From Octopus sinensis (taxonomy: Eukaryota): a DNA stretch of 64,000 bases. Positions 24,990-38,819 of this stretch are shown piece by piece (position 1 is the stretch's first letter; every line of letters begins with the position of its first letter). The notes under the pieces were generated by a model, which saw only the letters and a program-made list of their open reading frames with translations, was not told where the DNA came from and did no database searches. Both the position numbers and the translations under genes were made by a program. Where the stretch lies: NCBI RefSeq assembly GCF_006345805.1, contig NC_043003.1, positions 73,098,001 to 73,162,000 on the forward strand. The letters are read 5' to 3'.

Positions 24990-25290
24990 TGGACTCTTTT
25001 CTAAGTTTCGCGAATATAAAGAAACCAGCACCAGTGTCAAGCGGTTGTGGAGGAAGAGGACAAAGAAAAACAAATACGCACAGGCGCACGCATACAGGTA
25101 CACACACACACACACTCACACACACACATGTATATGACAGGTTTCCATACAATTTACGACCATCACATTCCCTAACAAAGCATTGGTAGACTCAGCACTA
25201 TAGTGAAAGCCAGTTTCCAGAGGTGCCGTGTAGCGGGACTGAATCCGAATCTACGTGGATGCAAAGCTAGCTTCTAATGCAAACAACTAT
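24990..25290 (-). mobile_element. SINE family C, degenerate
   Basis: Reverse complement resembles 28020-28428, with an internal (CA)n tract. Confidence 0.65.
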
Positions 25291-26625
25291 GCCTGCGTCT
25301 TGTGTATGCTGTCAACAATAGCGAAGCACCTAATATGTTTGATTGAACAATATTTCATTAACACTACGAAATCAAATTAATTTTGTTTTTAAATTATTTT
25401 TATATTTCAATGAAGTAAAATGTTAAGTCTGTTTAACCCTTTAGGTGTGCTAATTAATGTTGGAACATATCATTGAAGTTGTAACAAAATAATCGTTGAA
25501 AAATAAATTCAATTTGTAGGCGACTTGGTTGTGATAATTATATTTCACCTATTGATAATTTGTCACTCATCATACTTACGGCAAATCACTTGTAAATGAC
25601 GTCCGTAATTAAAAAAATTAATTATAGGACAGTTTATATGTGGTTGTATATTAGTGCTTTGTTTTATCGAATTTGAAAAGGTGAAAGACAAAAGCCATAA
25701 CAGTTTGATTCTTTTACACAAGATTTAGGGAAAATTATTAAACTGTGGAGTATTTAGCAATATGTATTGTTTATTATCAAGTCACAACTGTAAGATAAAA
25801 AGTAAATGGATATTTGTGTTGTATGCATAAGAGAAATCTTCATTGCTGTTTGGATAGTATATTGTTGTAGTTGTAGTTCTGTCACATACCCCGAACTTCA
25901 TGTTTGCTTTGTATGTAATAAGAAAATTCATCTGGTACAAAGTGTCCTTTATTAATGGGTTCACTTTAAATTGTCTGTTGCATAAGTCTGTTGTTTTAGT
26001 GGCTCCAGCATTTTGTGTTCTCCCCCGCATTTAGTTGTAAGTATCTTAATTATCTGTTTGCAGTGAGGTAGGGGGATGGATGTTTTAAGAACGTTGACTA
26101 GTGGAAGAGAGTCGCCCCGCCATCATGTAGAGTAAATAGGCTGTTTTTATATAATATATCTAAACACAAACGATGTAATAGTAACCCTAATCTTCTGATC
26201 TATATTCATTTAGTGGTGTTTCTGAAGAGGACAACACTAACTAATAATAAAAAAAAAAATTCCTCGTTCATTTACAAAATTCATGAAGTCTCCTGCACTG
26301 AGTTTCACTTCCAAGTGCTTTTGTATAATATAGTTTCTCTTTTAGAATATAAGTTCTTACTTCTTTATCTATTATTTCTGTAAACACTAGATTTTATCTA
26401 CAAAAGCTCTACGCATTTTAAAAGAATTAGAACTTTAAAAATATCTGATGTTATAAATATCACTGTATCTCATGAACAATCGTGGTAATTGAAATTTGAA
26501 AATCCTGATAAGCGTAATACTTGAATCTACAAACTTTTATTTTTAAGTTTGATGTTAAACTTCGATAATTTTTGCTTCTTCAATGAATCCAAATTATTTC
26601 ATTTTCTGTTTTCTTTTATTTTCAG

Positions 26626-26825
26626 ATTGTTTCTTCGAATGCTCTTGTATTGCCGGAGGAACAGACTTTGATCATGCAGCTATTAGAGGAAATTGCACTC
26701 ATTACGTATACTGCTACGGTGAAAGCGAACATGTGATAGCTTGTCCGAATGGATATTTTTATAACTACAAATCAGAACAAGGAACAATCCCATGTGAAAG
26801 AACAGCTGACAACTGTAGCCCTTAA
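26626..26825 (+). CDS. terminal coding exon of a chitin-binding type-2 (CBM14/peritrophin-A) domain protein
   Basis: Polypyrimidine tract plus ttttcag acceptor at 26625, phase 1. Reads (D)CFFECSCIAGGTDFDHAAIRGNCTHYVYCYGESEHVIACPNGYFYNYKSEQGTIPCERTADNCSP*, with six-Cys spacing C-x15-C-x5-C-x9-C-x16-C-x6-C, aromatic Y.C and CP.G..YN motifs. Upstream exons were not located. Confidence 0.8.
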
Positions 26826-27270
26826 CTATTACCATTGTTGAAATTGCATACATGTAATTGTTGTAATGGCATGTTCACAAAGCACAAAACTCTTTTATGT
26901 CCATTTAAACCTACTTGCTGTGTATCAATAGTGATTCTATACATAAATGCAACACAAACTTTACAGGAAAGATTATTCTTAAATGTGTTGCACCGTTTGT
27001 CTCTTCTATATTCTTTAGTACTAAAACTTGAGTGAATAATATTTTATAGAGAAGCAAAATGAGCAACTAGAATAAAATTGTTTGTGGCCTTGGTGTTGAC
27101 CAGCTAAAAGTTGCCATCCATTTTGCTAAAACCTGACATATTTCTGAGTTTAGAAAACTGAAACATGACACATTTGAAAGTAACACATATTTTACAATTG
27201 TCTGATTTTCTTATCACTGAAGTTGTGCTACCTTTTCATCGAGCACGATGCTGCTGCTGGTGTTGCTGCA

Positions 27271-27304
<34 letters not shown>

Positions 27305-28019
27305 TTACTACTATTGCTGCTGCTTCCACCCTGCTGCTGTGTTCATTGCAATGACATTGCGTAATCTACTTCAATATTTCATTTTGTTTCAGACAGATGT
27401 CTCTTAAGAGAAGAAAAAGAAACCGCATGTTTTCCCAGCTACAGTACCATCCTACAAATATATTTCATTTCAATTAAGAGATGTGAAACGTCTCATCCAA
27501 CTTTTGCTTAATAATATACCAGTTATAAAATGCTATGCCTGGGAATCTCCCAAGTGATAAAAGTTAAAACTTACCAGAACGCTTGTTTGTATGAAAAAAT
27601 AAAGATAGAATGTCTTCCCAAGAAAAAAGAATACTATTGTGTAAAAAACAAACTCATACAAAACCTGGTTACTTTAACATGTTCTTGCAATGATTAAATA
27701 AGAATAAGACATCGTTGTGTTATTATTTCTAAGACTGGAGCAAAATGAAAAAATGGTTTGGTACAAGTAATTGATGGATTAATCCAATATTTTACTGGAA
27801 GAATATCAATTTAGGTGGAATTTGAACGTAAGACTGGATAGGTATAATGAAACTGTAAAAGAGTGAGTACAATAAAATGCTGAACAGCAAATTGTAACTG
27901 AAACATATGGAAAGAAAAGTGAATATGTATACATACAAAGATACACATATTTACTTTCCCACACACAGAAGAACGTGCACGTGAAACTGTCATACATACA
28001 TTCATTTGTATATATATTA

Positions 28020-28428
28020 GGTGTGGCTGTGTGGTAAGAAGCGTGCTTTGCAACCACATGGTTTTGGGTTCAGTCCCGCGGTATGGCACCTTGGGCGAGT
28101 GTGTGTCTTCTGCTACAGTCGCGGGCCGACTAAAGCTTTGTGAGTGGATTTGGTAGACGGAAACTGAAAGAAGCTCGTCGTATAAATATATATGCATATA
28201 TATTTATGTGTATGTGCCTTTGTGTCCGTGTTTGTCCTCCCACCATCGTTTGACAACCGATGTTGATGTGTTTATAACCCCCGAAATTTGGCTGTTTGGC
28301 AAAAGAGACCGATAGAATAAGTACTAGGCTTACAAGGAATAAGTCCTGGTTAGATTTCTTCAATTAAAACGCTTTAAGGCAGTGCTCCAGCATCGACGCA
28401 GTCAAATGACTAAAACATGTAAAAGAAT
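28020..28428 (+). mobile_element. tRNA-derived SINE family C (CORE-like centre), near full length
   Basis: A-box tggctgtgtgg, B-box ggttcagtccc, ggcaccttgggcgagtg core-like segment, internal TA/TG tract, and 3' end gtcaaatgactaaaacatgtaaaagaat. Confidence 0.88.
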
Positions 28429-28766
28429 ATATGTGTGTGTGTCTGTGCGTATGCATGTGTGTGTATGTATGTGTGTGTCCGTATGTGTGTGAGTACGTGT
28501 ATAGTTGCGATAGTTCACGGGCTGATTCAGCGAGACACAATGCGCGGCAAGGCTGTAGCTGTTTCGAATTACAGGTATACAAAACTTGACTCGCTTCTGT
28601 ACATTTCCGTCAACCCGGTTTTACTCACAACGTATGGTTAGGTTCAAGGCGTATAGAAAATAACATTACCCTGAAATTCTACGCAGTCAGATATACTCAA
28701 GACCTTGTGATTGCGAATCTAACTTCTTTATCATTCAGTAATTTTACTCATGCTCCTAATATATAT

Positions 28767-28845
<79 letters not shown>

Positions 28846-29107
28846 GTATATATATATAGCAGAGTTAGCGGTTGGAATAACCGTTTAAGGGATAAAAATA
28901 TACTACCGGTATCATTCACCTATGTTATCCTTGTGCATAGGTGTGCAATCACACTATACTCATGGCGTACAGATTATAACAGAATAAACAAAAGTTTATC
29001 AGGAATTAAATTTAAATAAGCAGAAAATGGTGAAATCTTTTGATCAACAAGGAAAGAAATTGACCAACATCGGTTAATTATTTTTTAATACAACTCATAA
29101 CATAATA

Positions 29108-29143
29108 TTTCTTACAGCCGTTTCGGCTACCAATGTCAGTCCG
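29108..29143 (-). ncRNA. decayed hammerhead-like motif (PLE-end type)
   Basis: Minus strand: GGA CUGA CAUUGGUAGCC GAAA C GGCU G UA AGAA. The GAAA-stem III-GUA part is intact; the CUGANGA core is apparently truncated. Confidence 0.3.
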
Positions 29144-31239
29144 TGCTTACAAAAAAGAAAAAAATTCCGAAAATAATATTCGCCATCTTTATAGCACCTT
29201 CGATCTAGTACATAGAGCTTCATCAGAGTGAATAAAAATACATAAAATAAAATAAACGAAGGGAAGAGGAAAGAGGAAAGAACAGGGCCTCCAGATGAGG
29301 CCAGGAGGCTTAATATATCAGAATCATACCATTTTGCAGTGTGACGCTTGAAGTCGATGGGCAAAAAAGATAACTAGAAAATGAACTAGAGTAATATTTT
29401 ATGGGTTATCTCTTTATTTAGGGGTATCAGGGTGTATGAATAGTAGTAGAATAAAACTAGTGCTAAAGTAAAACAGAATACGTCTAGAAAAGAATTAGTA
29501 CTAATAATTTCGTAAATAGAGCAAATTAATATTTATCCAAAACCAAACCCGTAAAGTTTATATAATGGTGTACTTACTGAAATATTCTAGAGACCAACCA
29601 CCTATTATCAGTAATGGAATTAACCAAAGTCCAGTCATCTCTACAACTGGTCACTAATATTTAAACGAAGGGCAACTTAAGACCGTTATAGGGGTAGACG
29701 TAAATAAAGAAGAAAATGAACCAGTAAGTAAAAGGTATTGGGGACAAGACTATGCCATAAGTGGCACGAGGCCGCTTAATCCTTCTACACCTTCTCAACA
29801 TAACATTACATAACATATAAATAAAAATAAGATAAATACTAGCAACCAATACAGCTATTAACTTTTTGATAGTTAAGGGGAGACTACTGATAGGGGAGGT
29901 GAATACTAGTGGAAATTACCTTCGAAATATAATGCTGAATTGACATCTTAAATAGCCAGCATACTTCCAAGTGGTGGTAATACTAGATGAAGAAGTAAAC
30001 GTCTATACGTTCCTGAGAGCATTCTACCTCTTCGACAACAAGTGCGCAAAAGTACAAAAACCCCATACAGTTAAACGATTACGAGTTAAATCACTTGCTA
30101 ATTACTATCATGGTTACAAACTCCGGGTCCTATCAGAGTTCCCCTCGCTATTCCACTTATGTTTCTGTTATTATTGTCTCACAGGCAGAATGCACTCGAT
30201 TTCCGCCATCAACTGCCAGTCTTCAACATTCACACTAAGCTCCTTTTGACAGCATTCTTCGTCCTAGTAAGGTGCTCAGCCTAACGCATCAGAAAAAGTT
30301 CAATGAAATAGAATGAATGTTATTACGAAGCATTTAATGAAATGTAATGAACATATTATGCAATCTGAAGCAGTTTTTCGATTAAATCGGAAGAAAACAA
30401 GTCATCATCAATGAAATTGTACTATTGTACTCAAAGTGATTTTGGAACCGGTTACAATTTTCGCATCTGCGGTATCACATGAACCCACCCAAATACAAGT
30501 TAACTGTATAATAATGAATGCCACAGCACTGTTTATCTCGCTTGAAGTAGGCCCAAGTGCTTTTCTCTCGCTGAGATTATGCCCCAACTTGACTTGCGAG
30601 ATCACCGTTCGGTGCAGAAATTGGAAGCATGGTATCTCTAGAATATGCGTGTATAATCGCCACAGGTCGTTGTATATCGTTCTTTCTAGCATTCAATTGT
30701 CAAAAACAATTTCCAAGTGTGTAACGACCCCCAGAATGAACTGCATAAAGGAATATCTCTCGGGTCACACAACGGACACAGCGAAAATCCCAGTAACATC
30801 AGACTGAATGGAAACCCCTTTAAAAAACTATATACACAACACTGCTGAGTTAAGAACTGAGGAAATGCTACACCTTTGCCTCAAATCGTACGGTGCCTAA
30901 AAGATAGGAATATGGTCCTCCGCCAAAAACTGGAAACCAACGCACGAAACCTAAGATTACGGACAGAATCCCCATGCAAGCAAAATATTTATCCATTGAT
31001 GCAATATTTTGTACGCGTTCGTACTGTTCGCTCTCGTGTATGTATTCATACGATTAGATGCGTTCACGCGCATACATACGTACGTACATACACGTACGTG
31101 CACATACATATATTCTGTTTATAATTTCCTTTACCGAGTTCTTTGTCATAAAGTTAGTAGTGGCAAGTGCAAATTACTATTATACATATGTATACACGTA
31201 CCTACATACATATTTGCATCCACGCACATACATACATAT

Positions 31240-31272
31240 TTATCTATGTTGGTAAGGATGTATATAAATATG

Positions 31273-31367
<95 letters not shown>

Positions 31368-31535
31368 CATATACATATATATATAATATATATATATATA
31401 TACATACAGACATATATATATATATATATATATTTAAATGTATACTACGTATGCGGGTGTGTATCTGTTTGTGCGTTTGCGTGTATATGCATATATGTTT
31501 GATTCCACGCAGATCCGTTATCTCCGACAAGTACA

Positions 31536-31567
<32 letters not shown>

Positions 31568-31600
31568 TACACCACACTCATATATCTAAACATATATATT
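31240..31600. repeat. (TA)n/(CA)n/(CG)n microsatellite cluster
   Basis: Directly visible; source of several IYIY ORFs. Confidence 0.95.
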
Positions 31601-32423
31601 ATACATACATGTACTTTAAGTTCGATAGAAAAGGTAGATATATTTTGAGATTGGTATAAAAGTGAATGGATAGAAACATGTAAAGGAAATCGAGAAATGT
31701 TAAAAGGGGAATCAGACGTTAAGAATATTCATGCATTGATATACGCACATAAATATACATATATTCAGGCATTGTACGAGAAAGTATATATATATAGAAT
31801 TGCGTGCGTATGTGAGTTTTTAAATGGATGTGTGTGTGTGCGCGCGCCTGTTGCTATGTTCGAGTTTGCCAGTGTTCTTGCAAGTGTGTTCTTCGTGAAT
31901 GTGCAAATGTATAAAATTTATGAATATTCCAATGTTAAGTATGATAAATTAAATCTTGTCAAAGCAGATAAGAGATAGAAAAAATATCTATGAATTTAAA
32001 TGAATATCGGAACACACGCAGACACATACACGTATACACCACCGTATACACGTTCAACGCACTACAACAACAAACACTCCCATACATACATAGAAATATA
32101 CACATACATGTGTACGTGTGTGTGTTTCAGGGTTGTTCAATGACTTGAGAAAAGAGTGAAGTGACAAGCTCTTATGCTACGCTGGAAAAGAGTAGACTTG
32201 ATTCAATTATTCACAGGTTCTTATAGTTCACTTGTTTGATGCTATGAACTGTTACATCTCGGATCAAAATTTGCATCGTGTGTCAAACATTATAATACTT
32301 CTGGCTTGCGATTTAATATAATTGTGAGTACAGATATAAGGATACACATTTATGTGTGTATGTAATACACACACACACACACCACACACACACACACGTG
32401 TATACATACATATATAAACACAT

Positions 32424-32612
32424 AAAGGCAGGGAGGTGGCTGATTCTTTAGCACGCCAGGCATTTCTTCCGTCTTTACGTTTTGGGTTCAAATGCGGCCG
32501 GAGTAAATTTTGCCTTTCACCTTTTCGGGCTCTATAAAATAGATACCAGTAGGACACTAGGGTCGATTTAATCAATTTAGCCCCTACCCTGAAATTGTTA
32601 GCTTTGCTCGAA
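32424..32612 (+). mobile_element. SINE family A, diverged
   Basis: ggcagggaggtggctgattctttagcacgcc..gggttcaaatgcggcc..tttcaccttttcgggc. Confidence 0.75.
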
Positions 32613-32625
32613 ACCAACACACACA

Positions 32626-32657
<32 letters not shown>

Positions 32658-33419
32658 TATATGTATTTATGAACGCACCCGTCATTTGGACGGTTTAAGT
32701 TGCTTTGGCAGTATTTTTTTCACCAAATAACTGAACTACCAAGAAGGTTCATGAGTAGCGCGGCAATCTATGTTTCCGATTAACATAGAAACAGAAGACC
32801 AAACTGAAGACTGATTATTGTGGAGGTCGTTGCACATTAATGAGCATAGAACATATAAGTTTGCAAGCGATACAAAATAAAGCTACTGAAGTGTTTTGGG
32901 AGTAGATTTGGGATAATGACTACAAACTATAGTTGTTTTACTAGAAAGTGAAATTGGTTGTTAGATTCAGCCATATAAATGGTGTAAGAAAATTGAAGGA
33001 AGACGTTGAATCTTCCCCTCTGCGAGTTTTTCGGTGAGAAATATGGCTGCTACGTTCAAAACTGGTAATATAATACCTAGTTGAAAAAGTAGAGTTAAAG
33101 GAATGTATTTGTTACTTGCTTACAGTGTACGACCGTTCTGAAATTGACTTCAGGTAAGGAAAAATGAAGACATGAAGAGTTTGACTTCAGTTCACGAATA
33201 CTACTTTGAACATTTAGCATTGTGCAGTGAAAGGACGTCGCGTTGAAACGCAGAATGATAATTGTGTAGTCGCAATGATGGTAAAAGTGAACAGGATACA
33301 CGTATATACGTACACAAAATAACCAGCATGAGTCTTATTGTGAGCAAAGAGTTTACTTAGTGTAGTCCTCCTGCCTATGACGACGGTCATTAATGAGCTA
33401 TCATGAAGGATTGAAAAGG

Positions 33420-34466
33420 ATCATGTCCGCCGGTAATGCACAATGAACACTGGAGAATGATTGCATTGTATTCGAGTTTTTAGCCATTCAGACCAAAGTC
33501 GGAATATTGCCCAGTCCACACCGAGAGGGTGCAAATTCCCATGCCAATCCGCGCTGTACCACGTCGGTGTATCGAAAGAGCTTCTAAAGAGTTGACATGT
33601 TGGTGCATTGGTGAAGGAGGTAGCCATATAGGTAACGGTGTGGTTTCATCAGGAGGGCAGTGCAGAACTGCATTTTCGTCATTTTGTGGCTGATTAAAGC
33701 ATCCTTGGTGCTCTACGATAGGCGTTCGGTCACTCTCTATGATAACTTTGAAGTTAGGCTCGTCTGTATGTCAGTGTTGTATAGCAATTTTGAAGCCCCT
33801 CCCGTATCGGTTGGTGGTGTGGATCATTTCCTGAAATTCATTCAAAAGAGGCATTTTTGCTGCAGGTGCCACCTGATCTCGGCGAGCCGTTTTTTCAGTG
33901 GTATTTCCCATGAAGCAAATTTGAAGGTTCGGTGTTCAGCGTTGTTGACAGGAAGAATAGAGCCGATCCGATGATAGGTTTAGCCCTGAATTTTGAACGT
34001 TGGCATATAGGAGTCTTCTTGAATGGGTTTGTGACCGAAACTTGTCATCTGAAAAGCAGAGTTTTAAGTGCGAAATTTTTGTATACATTGCTGCGAATCA
34101 GGGTGTTGATCTGGGAGCAAAGAAGATAAATCCCCCTCGAAGAGTGACGTAATCCCCGGCAGAATGATAGTTGAGCGCCTTTGATGCCCATCGACTACTC
34201 GATGGCTTCCAATAGCCATGAGCAAGAACCATCCGGTGAACATAAGATTAAAAAAGTATGGAAGACCCTATATACAAAAAGTTATGTTCATTTACGTCCA
34301 TTTACGTAGGAGCTCTAGGGAAAATGTTATAGTGCATGTCCATGCTCGGGACATAAGTGATGTGTGTGTAAAGTTTGGTGAAAATCGGTTGAGAATTGTG
34401 GAAATGTATACGTTAGTTATTATACACACACATACTGTAATTTATATATACTATATATATATTAGA
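33420..34466 (-). mobile_element. Helitron 5' terminus and N-terminal RepHel relic
   Basis: The minus strand starts A|TCTAATATATATA, followed by ttctcaaccgattttcaccaaacttt. Coding remnants are NSAFQMTSFG..YMPTFKIQG*TYHRIGSILP and NFKVIIESDRTPIVEHQGCFNQPQNDENAVL, matching Helitron motifs YNS.FQMTSFG, PTFK.QGQ.YHRIGSLLP and I.ADR.P.GEH.R.FNAP...EVA. Confidence 0.78.
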
Positions 34467-34796
34467 TAATAAAACGAATGGTTTACAGCTGGTAGCTTAC
34501 TGGTAAAGCACGATCACTTTCACGATGTTCGTTATGTAGATGGTGAATGAAAAACGGAGGCTGGAATATACGGGAATTTTTAATAACCACAACAATCGTT
34601 TCGACATTCTTTTTAATAAGTATGTATAACTCTTCTCCGATGAATCCCTCTGTATTCTGTGGACCAATGAGAAGATCATTAATAGAATTTCTGAAAGACT
34701 GTCAAGATGCCTACATGCATATAAATGGACATTCGCTCAATGCAGTGGGAATGAATTGAGTAACTGTCAACATAATTTACTTGAATGTATGGATGA

Positions 34797-35030
34797 ATGG
34801 GCGGCGAGGTGGCAGAAACGTTAGCGCGCCGGGCGAAATGGTTAGCGGTATTTCGTCTGTCGTTACGTTCTGAGTTCAAATTCCACCGAGGTCGACTTTG
34901 CCTTTCACCTTTTCGTGGTCGATAAATAAAGTACCAGTTTCGCACTGGGGTCGATGTAATCAACTTAGTCCCTTTGTCTGTCCTTGTTTGTCTCCTCTAT
35001 GTTTAGCCCCTTGTGGGTAGTAAAGAAATA
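34797..35030 (+). mobile_element. SINE family A
   Basis: ggcggcgaggtggcagaaacgttagcgcgccgggcgaaatgg..gagttcaaattccaccgaggtcgac..gccccttgtgggtagtaaagaaataggtat. Confidence 0.92.
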
Positions 35031-35744
35031 GGTATGGATGAATGAAGTTTAGCTTCAACCTCCCCATTCTTATAAACATCGAGTAGCTATTTAACTCGCC
35101 ATGTGAACCTGTGTGCACTAAACCATGTGTGCGTATGCTTACATTTTCGTGTATGAGCGAGCGTACGCCCGTCATGCATCTTGCGCGAGGGCGTTTATAC
35201 ATCCATATCTGTAAGCCGTTATTTTTTATACTTTTCTCACTGTATTGCATGTTCATTTCTTTTTTGCATCTGTTATTTTATCATTCATCTTCTATATAAA
35301 TGAAGATGTAACTTTTGTTTTCAGGCATCTCTTTCTACAAAATGAGAAGATACATTGCGGAACTGATATTTTAACGAATTATACCTATTTACCACCCGAT
35401 GACACACATCTGCACCACTGAATGCTCTTGAACCATTTGTTATGTGTTCCACCCGTGAGGAATCGGTGCTAGATGTGTCGAAAATGTGAATAATAAAAAT
35501 TCTCGTATATTCCAACTTCCGTCTTTCATTTAGCACATATATGAGTACATATTTCCTTACGCGCACACACATATAAGTATATACAGATATCCCTGCATCT
35601 CGGTCACCACGGTTACGGAATTTCGATCTTTTGACCACTAATTTCAGGATAAAGCCTGCAACTTCATCCTTAGAGAAACTCGGATAAGTTCTAATTTTAA
35701 AAACTACACCATCTTACCCAAAAGGCCACCTTATATATGTCTGT

Positions 35745-35925
35745 GGTTGTCCCCCACCCACTATCGCTTAACAACCGATGATGGTGTGTTTACTTCCTCG
35801 TAACATAGCGGTTCGGCAACAGAGGCCGCTAGAATATGTACTAAGTTTACAAAGAATTTGTTCGACTAAAGGCGGTGCTCCATTTTGACCGAAGTCAAAT
35901 GACTGAAACAAATAAAATAATAAGA
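35745..35925 (+). mobile_element. SINE family C, 3' portion
   Basis: ccccaccactatcgcttaacaaccgatgatggtgtg..gttcgactaaaggcggtgctcca..gtcaaatgactgaaacaaata. Confidence 0.8.
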
Positions 35926-35991
<66 letters not shown>

Positions 35992-36048
35992 GTATATACG
36001 CGTGTATATATATGTGTGTATATATGTATATATGCGTGAGTGTATGAG

Positions 36049-37524
36049 TGTTAAAGAAGAAAATGAAGAATTTTAACAGATAACATCAATTCATTAACAT
36101 ATTGTCAACTTCGATTTGGATACAATTGTTTCCATATCCTACTCACTCAAATTACAAATTTATAAATTAAAATTGCATTTTGAAAATTGCAAATTAAATA
36201 TTTTGTCAGGACGAAAAATTGACACAAAAGAAATTACATTTTAATTGATTGAGTCTTCCCAACAGACTAAACATATCACCTTTCGTATATTTATGTGTGC
36301 GTATGTTTAAGAAACAGAAGAAACTGTTATAAGTGTGTCCGTTTTTTTTAAGTTTTTGTCTGCGTCTGTGTGTCAACATGCTTGGAAACAAAAGAACTCT
36401 TAAATTTGCATATGTATTATTTTCTGTTATGGTCAACAGTAAGTTAATCTATAAATTTCCTTTAATAGATATTATCAACTGTGAGAACATGAAAAGAGAG
36501 TATAATTTATATTAATTAATTATTTTCTAAGTTAATTAGCCATAATTATTGGTGCGAAGGGTAAATTTTTATTCATTAAATTAATTTAATTTCTATTAAA
36601 CTGGGGTAGATTTTATGATATATCATGTGATCGGGTTAGGTTTTATTATAGCTTACTTTGAATAGGGCTTCGCGTTCCACGACCTCAAAATTTGTGTTGC
36701 AATTATTTTTATTATTAGACTAATATCATAGGTCTACATTCAAGAACATATATTATTATATTACCCAATTATATTTATCAATTAATTGATTTATATTTTA
36801 TTCTATTATTTGTTGTTTTAATTCATTTTAATTGTATATTTTAAAAATATTTTTAGACACATATTTAGATGAATGCGTGCAAGATAATCTTCTTGCTCGT
36901 AAACTATTTAGAAGTTAAAATCAGGAAGATTTCATCAATGCATAAATTACTGTTTATCCCCTATTTCGTAGGGTTTTGTATGGCTTATTATTTCTCATTT
37001 TAGGCTATGGTCTTTAATTTTGTATTTTCTCTCACATATTTCTTTGATTAAATTGGTGCTGGTTAATTTGTCTTTGTTGCTATACGTGCTTTCATGGTTG
37101 GTAATTCTTTATATAATTTTCCGTGCAACATATGTAATAATTTATTCCCTCTAATTCTCCTCTTATATTACGTGTTGTTGCTTGTAAACAATTTTAAACG
37201 GGCAGTTATTTTTAAATTTGCCAACACAACTTTTATTTACGGTTGTCATTATAAAAATACTAACAGGCACGTGCACGCATAAATATACGACCGTTGATAT
37301 GTTTAGTCTGTTGAGAAGACTCAATCAATTAAGATATATTTACTTTTGTTTCAATTTTTCGCTCAGGTGGAATATTTAACTCGCAATTTTCAAAATGCAA
37401 TTTTAATTTGTAAGCTTGTAATTTGAATGAGTTGGATATGGAAACAATTGTAGGTAGATCTAAATTGACAATATGCTAATAAATTGATGTTTTCTGTTGA
37501 AGCTCACCATTTTCCTTTTCAACA
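36049..37524. repeat. ~255-bp diverged long inverted repeats enclosing ~960 bp (foldback/large-TIR-like)
   Basis: 36049-36304 aligns to the reverse complement of 37268-37524 over its length, with shared blocks tacaattgtttccatatcc, aaattaaaattgcattttgaaaattgc and ttaattgattgagtcttc.caacagactaaacatatca. Confidence 0.85.
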
Positions 37525-37890
37525 TAGACTGATGTCTTGCAAACAACTTGCATATGCAAGTGCTACCAGTCAAAAGCTCCTTATACCGGAAGCCAGCAAG
37601 TGTATGGGGTCATCAGGAGAGAATGTGCGCCGTTTCGGGGCCTACCTCTCGACAGCATAAATGCGTACCGGCTCCCCTCACTGATATGAGGCCGCGCTTG
37701 CTATATACATCGAAGTGAAACAAACATCTATTAAAATATACTCGGACTCCGTAATATTTGTGCCTATTATTAAACAATAGACACCAATACTAATAAGTAA
37801 AACGTGACTCAAGTATTTCATCGATATATAGGATTAAACCTGAGAAATTTGTGTGTTAACATCCCTTTTAAGAGGAATCTGTATCCTCGC

Positions 37891-37925
<35 letters not shown>

Positions 37926-38326
37926 CACACTCACGTACACCAAAATCAATGCAAAAACCAACATTATTAAACTACCAACTTCTTCATGACAATCAACAAC
38001 GACGGTAACGATAGCAGGAACAAGATGATAAGCAACCGCATCTGAAACAGTAACATGAGATCATGTATCTTGGTGTATTTCAAAAGTTGAAAGACATTTC
38101 TTTCACTTTGGGTTAATGAGGATTGACTTGAGGCGAACATCAACAAAAATATCGATGCAACCTCCCAAAACATTCCCCTCACACCTCCAGTTCCTAACTC
38201 TGTCACCAAAACCTAATAAAACCAATAGAAAGATCACCTCCACTACCACCAACTCGGAAACGTTTGAATAACTAAGTGGCAACATTATAGCAATATCTGT
38301 AGCTACACATATAAGTTGACACAACG

Positions 38327-38370
<44 letters not shown>

Positions 38371-38819
38371 TGTGTATGCATGTTAATAGGATGTGGAGAT
38401 TTTATGGCTTAAGTCAGAGAATCAAAGGGGTGAATTGACCTTGAACCTGAGAACTCTTCAACTAACTGTAATCATACAATATATCTTCACACTCGCTCCT
38501 TCATTTCTTCAGTTTTCCGTTTCTATTCTTACATACGTAAAAAAAATAAGACATTTCCCCCTCACAATAATGTTCTGTCCTGGTGCTATTTTATTCACTA
38601 AATATTTGTTTTAGATAACTATTGACCACTATTGTTTTTATGTAGAATTGAAAAGGTATTGAAAGAAGCCAACAGGGGAAACTCAAGGCATTATGGCGAA
38701 AGGGGACCGACCATAATATTATTATACTGGATATTGAACTCAACGTTGTATAAAATGCTTGATCTGGGAGAAAAATAAGTCATTTTACTAAAATATATAA
38801 AAAAAAGTTTAGAACTATG

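Noticed and set aside
30408-30807. Overlapping ORFs of 94 and 123 aa in complex sequence
   Set aside because: No recognisable motif, splice context or repeat family.
37600-37660. Minus-strand CUGUCGA GAGG UAGG CCCC GAAAC motif
   Set aside because: Stem II is mismatched, and there is no NUH site or stem I; too degenerate to call.
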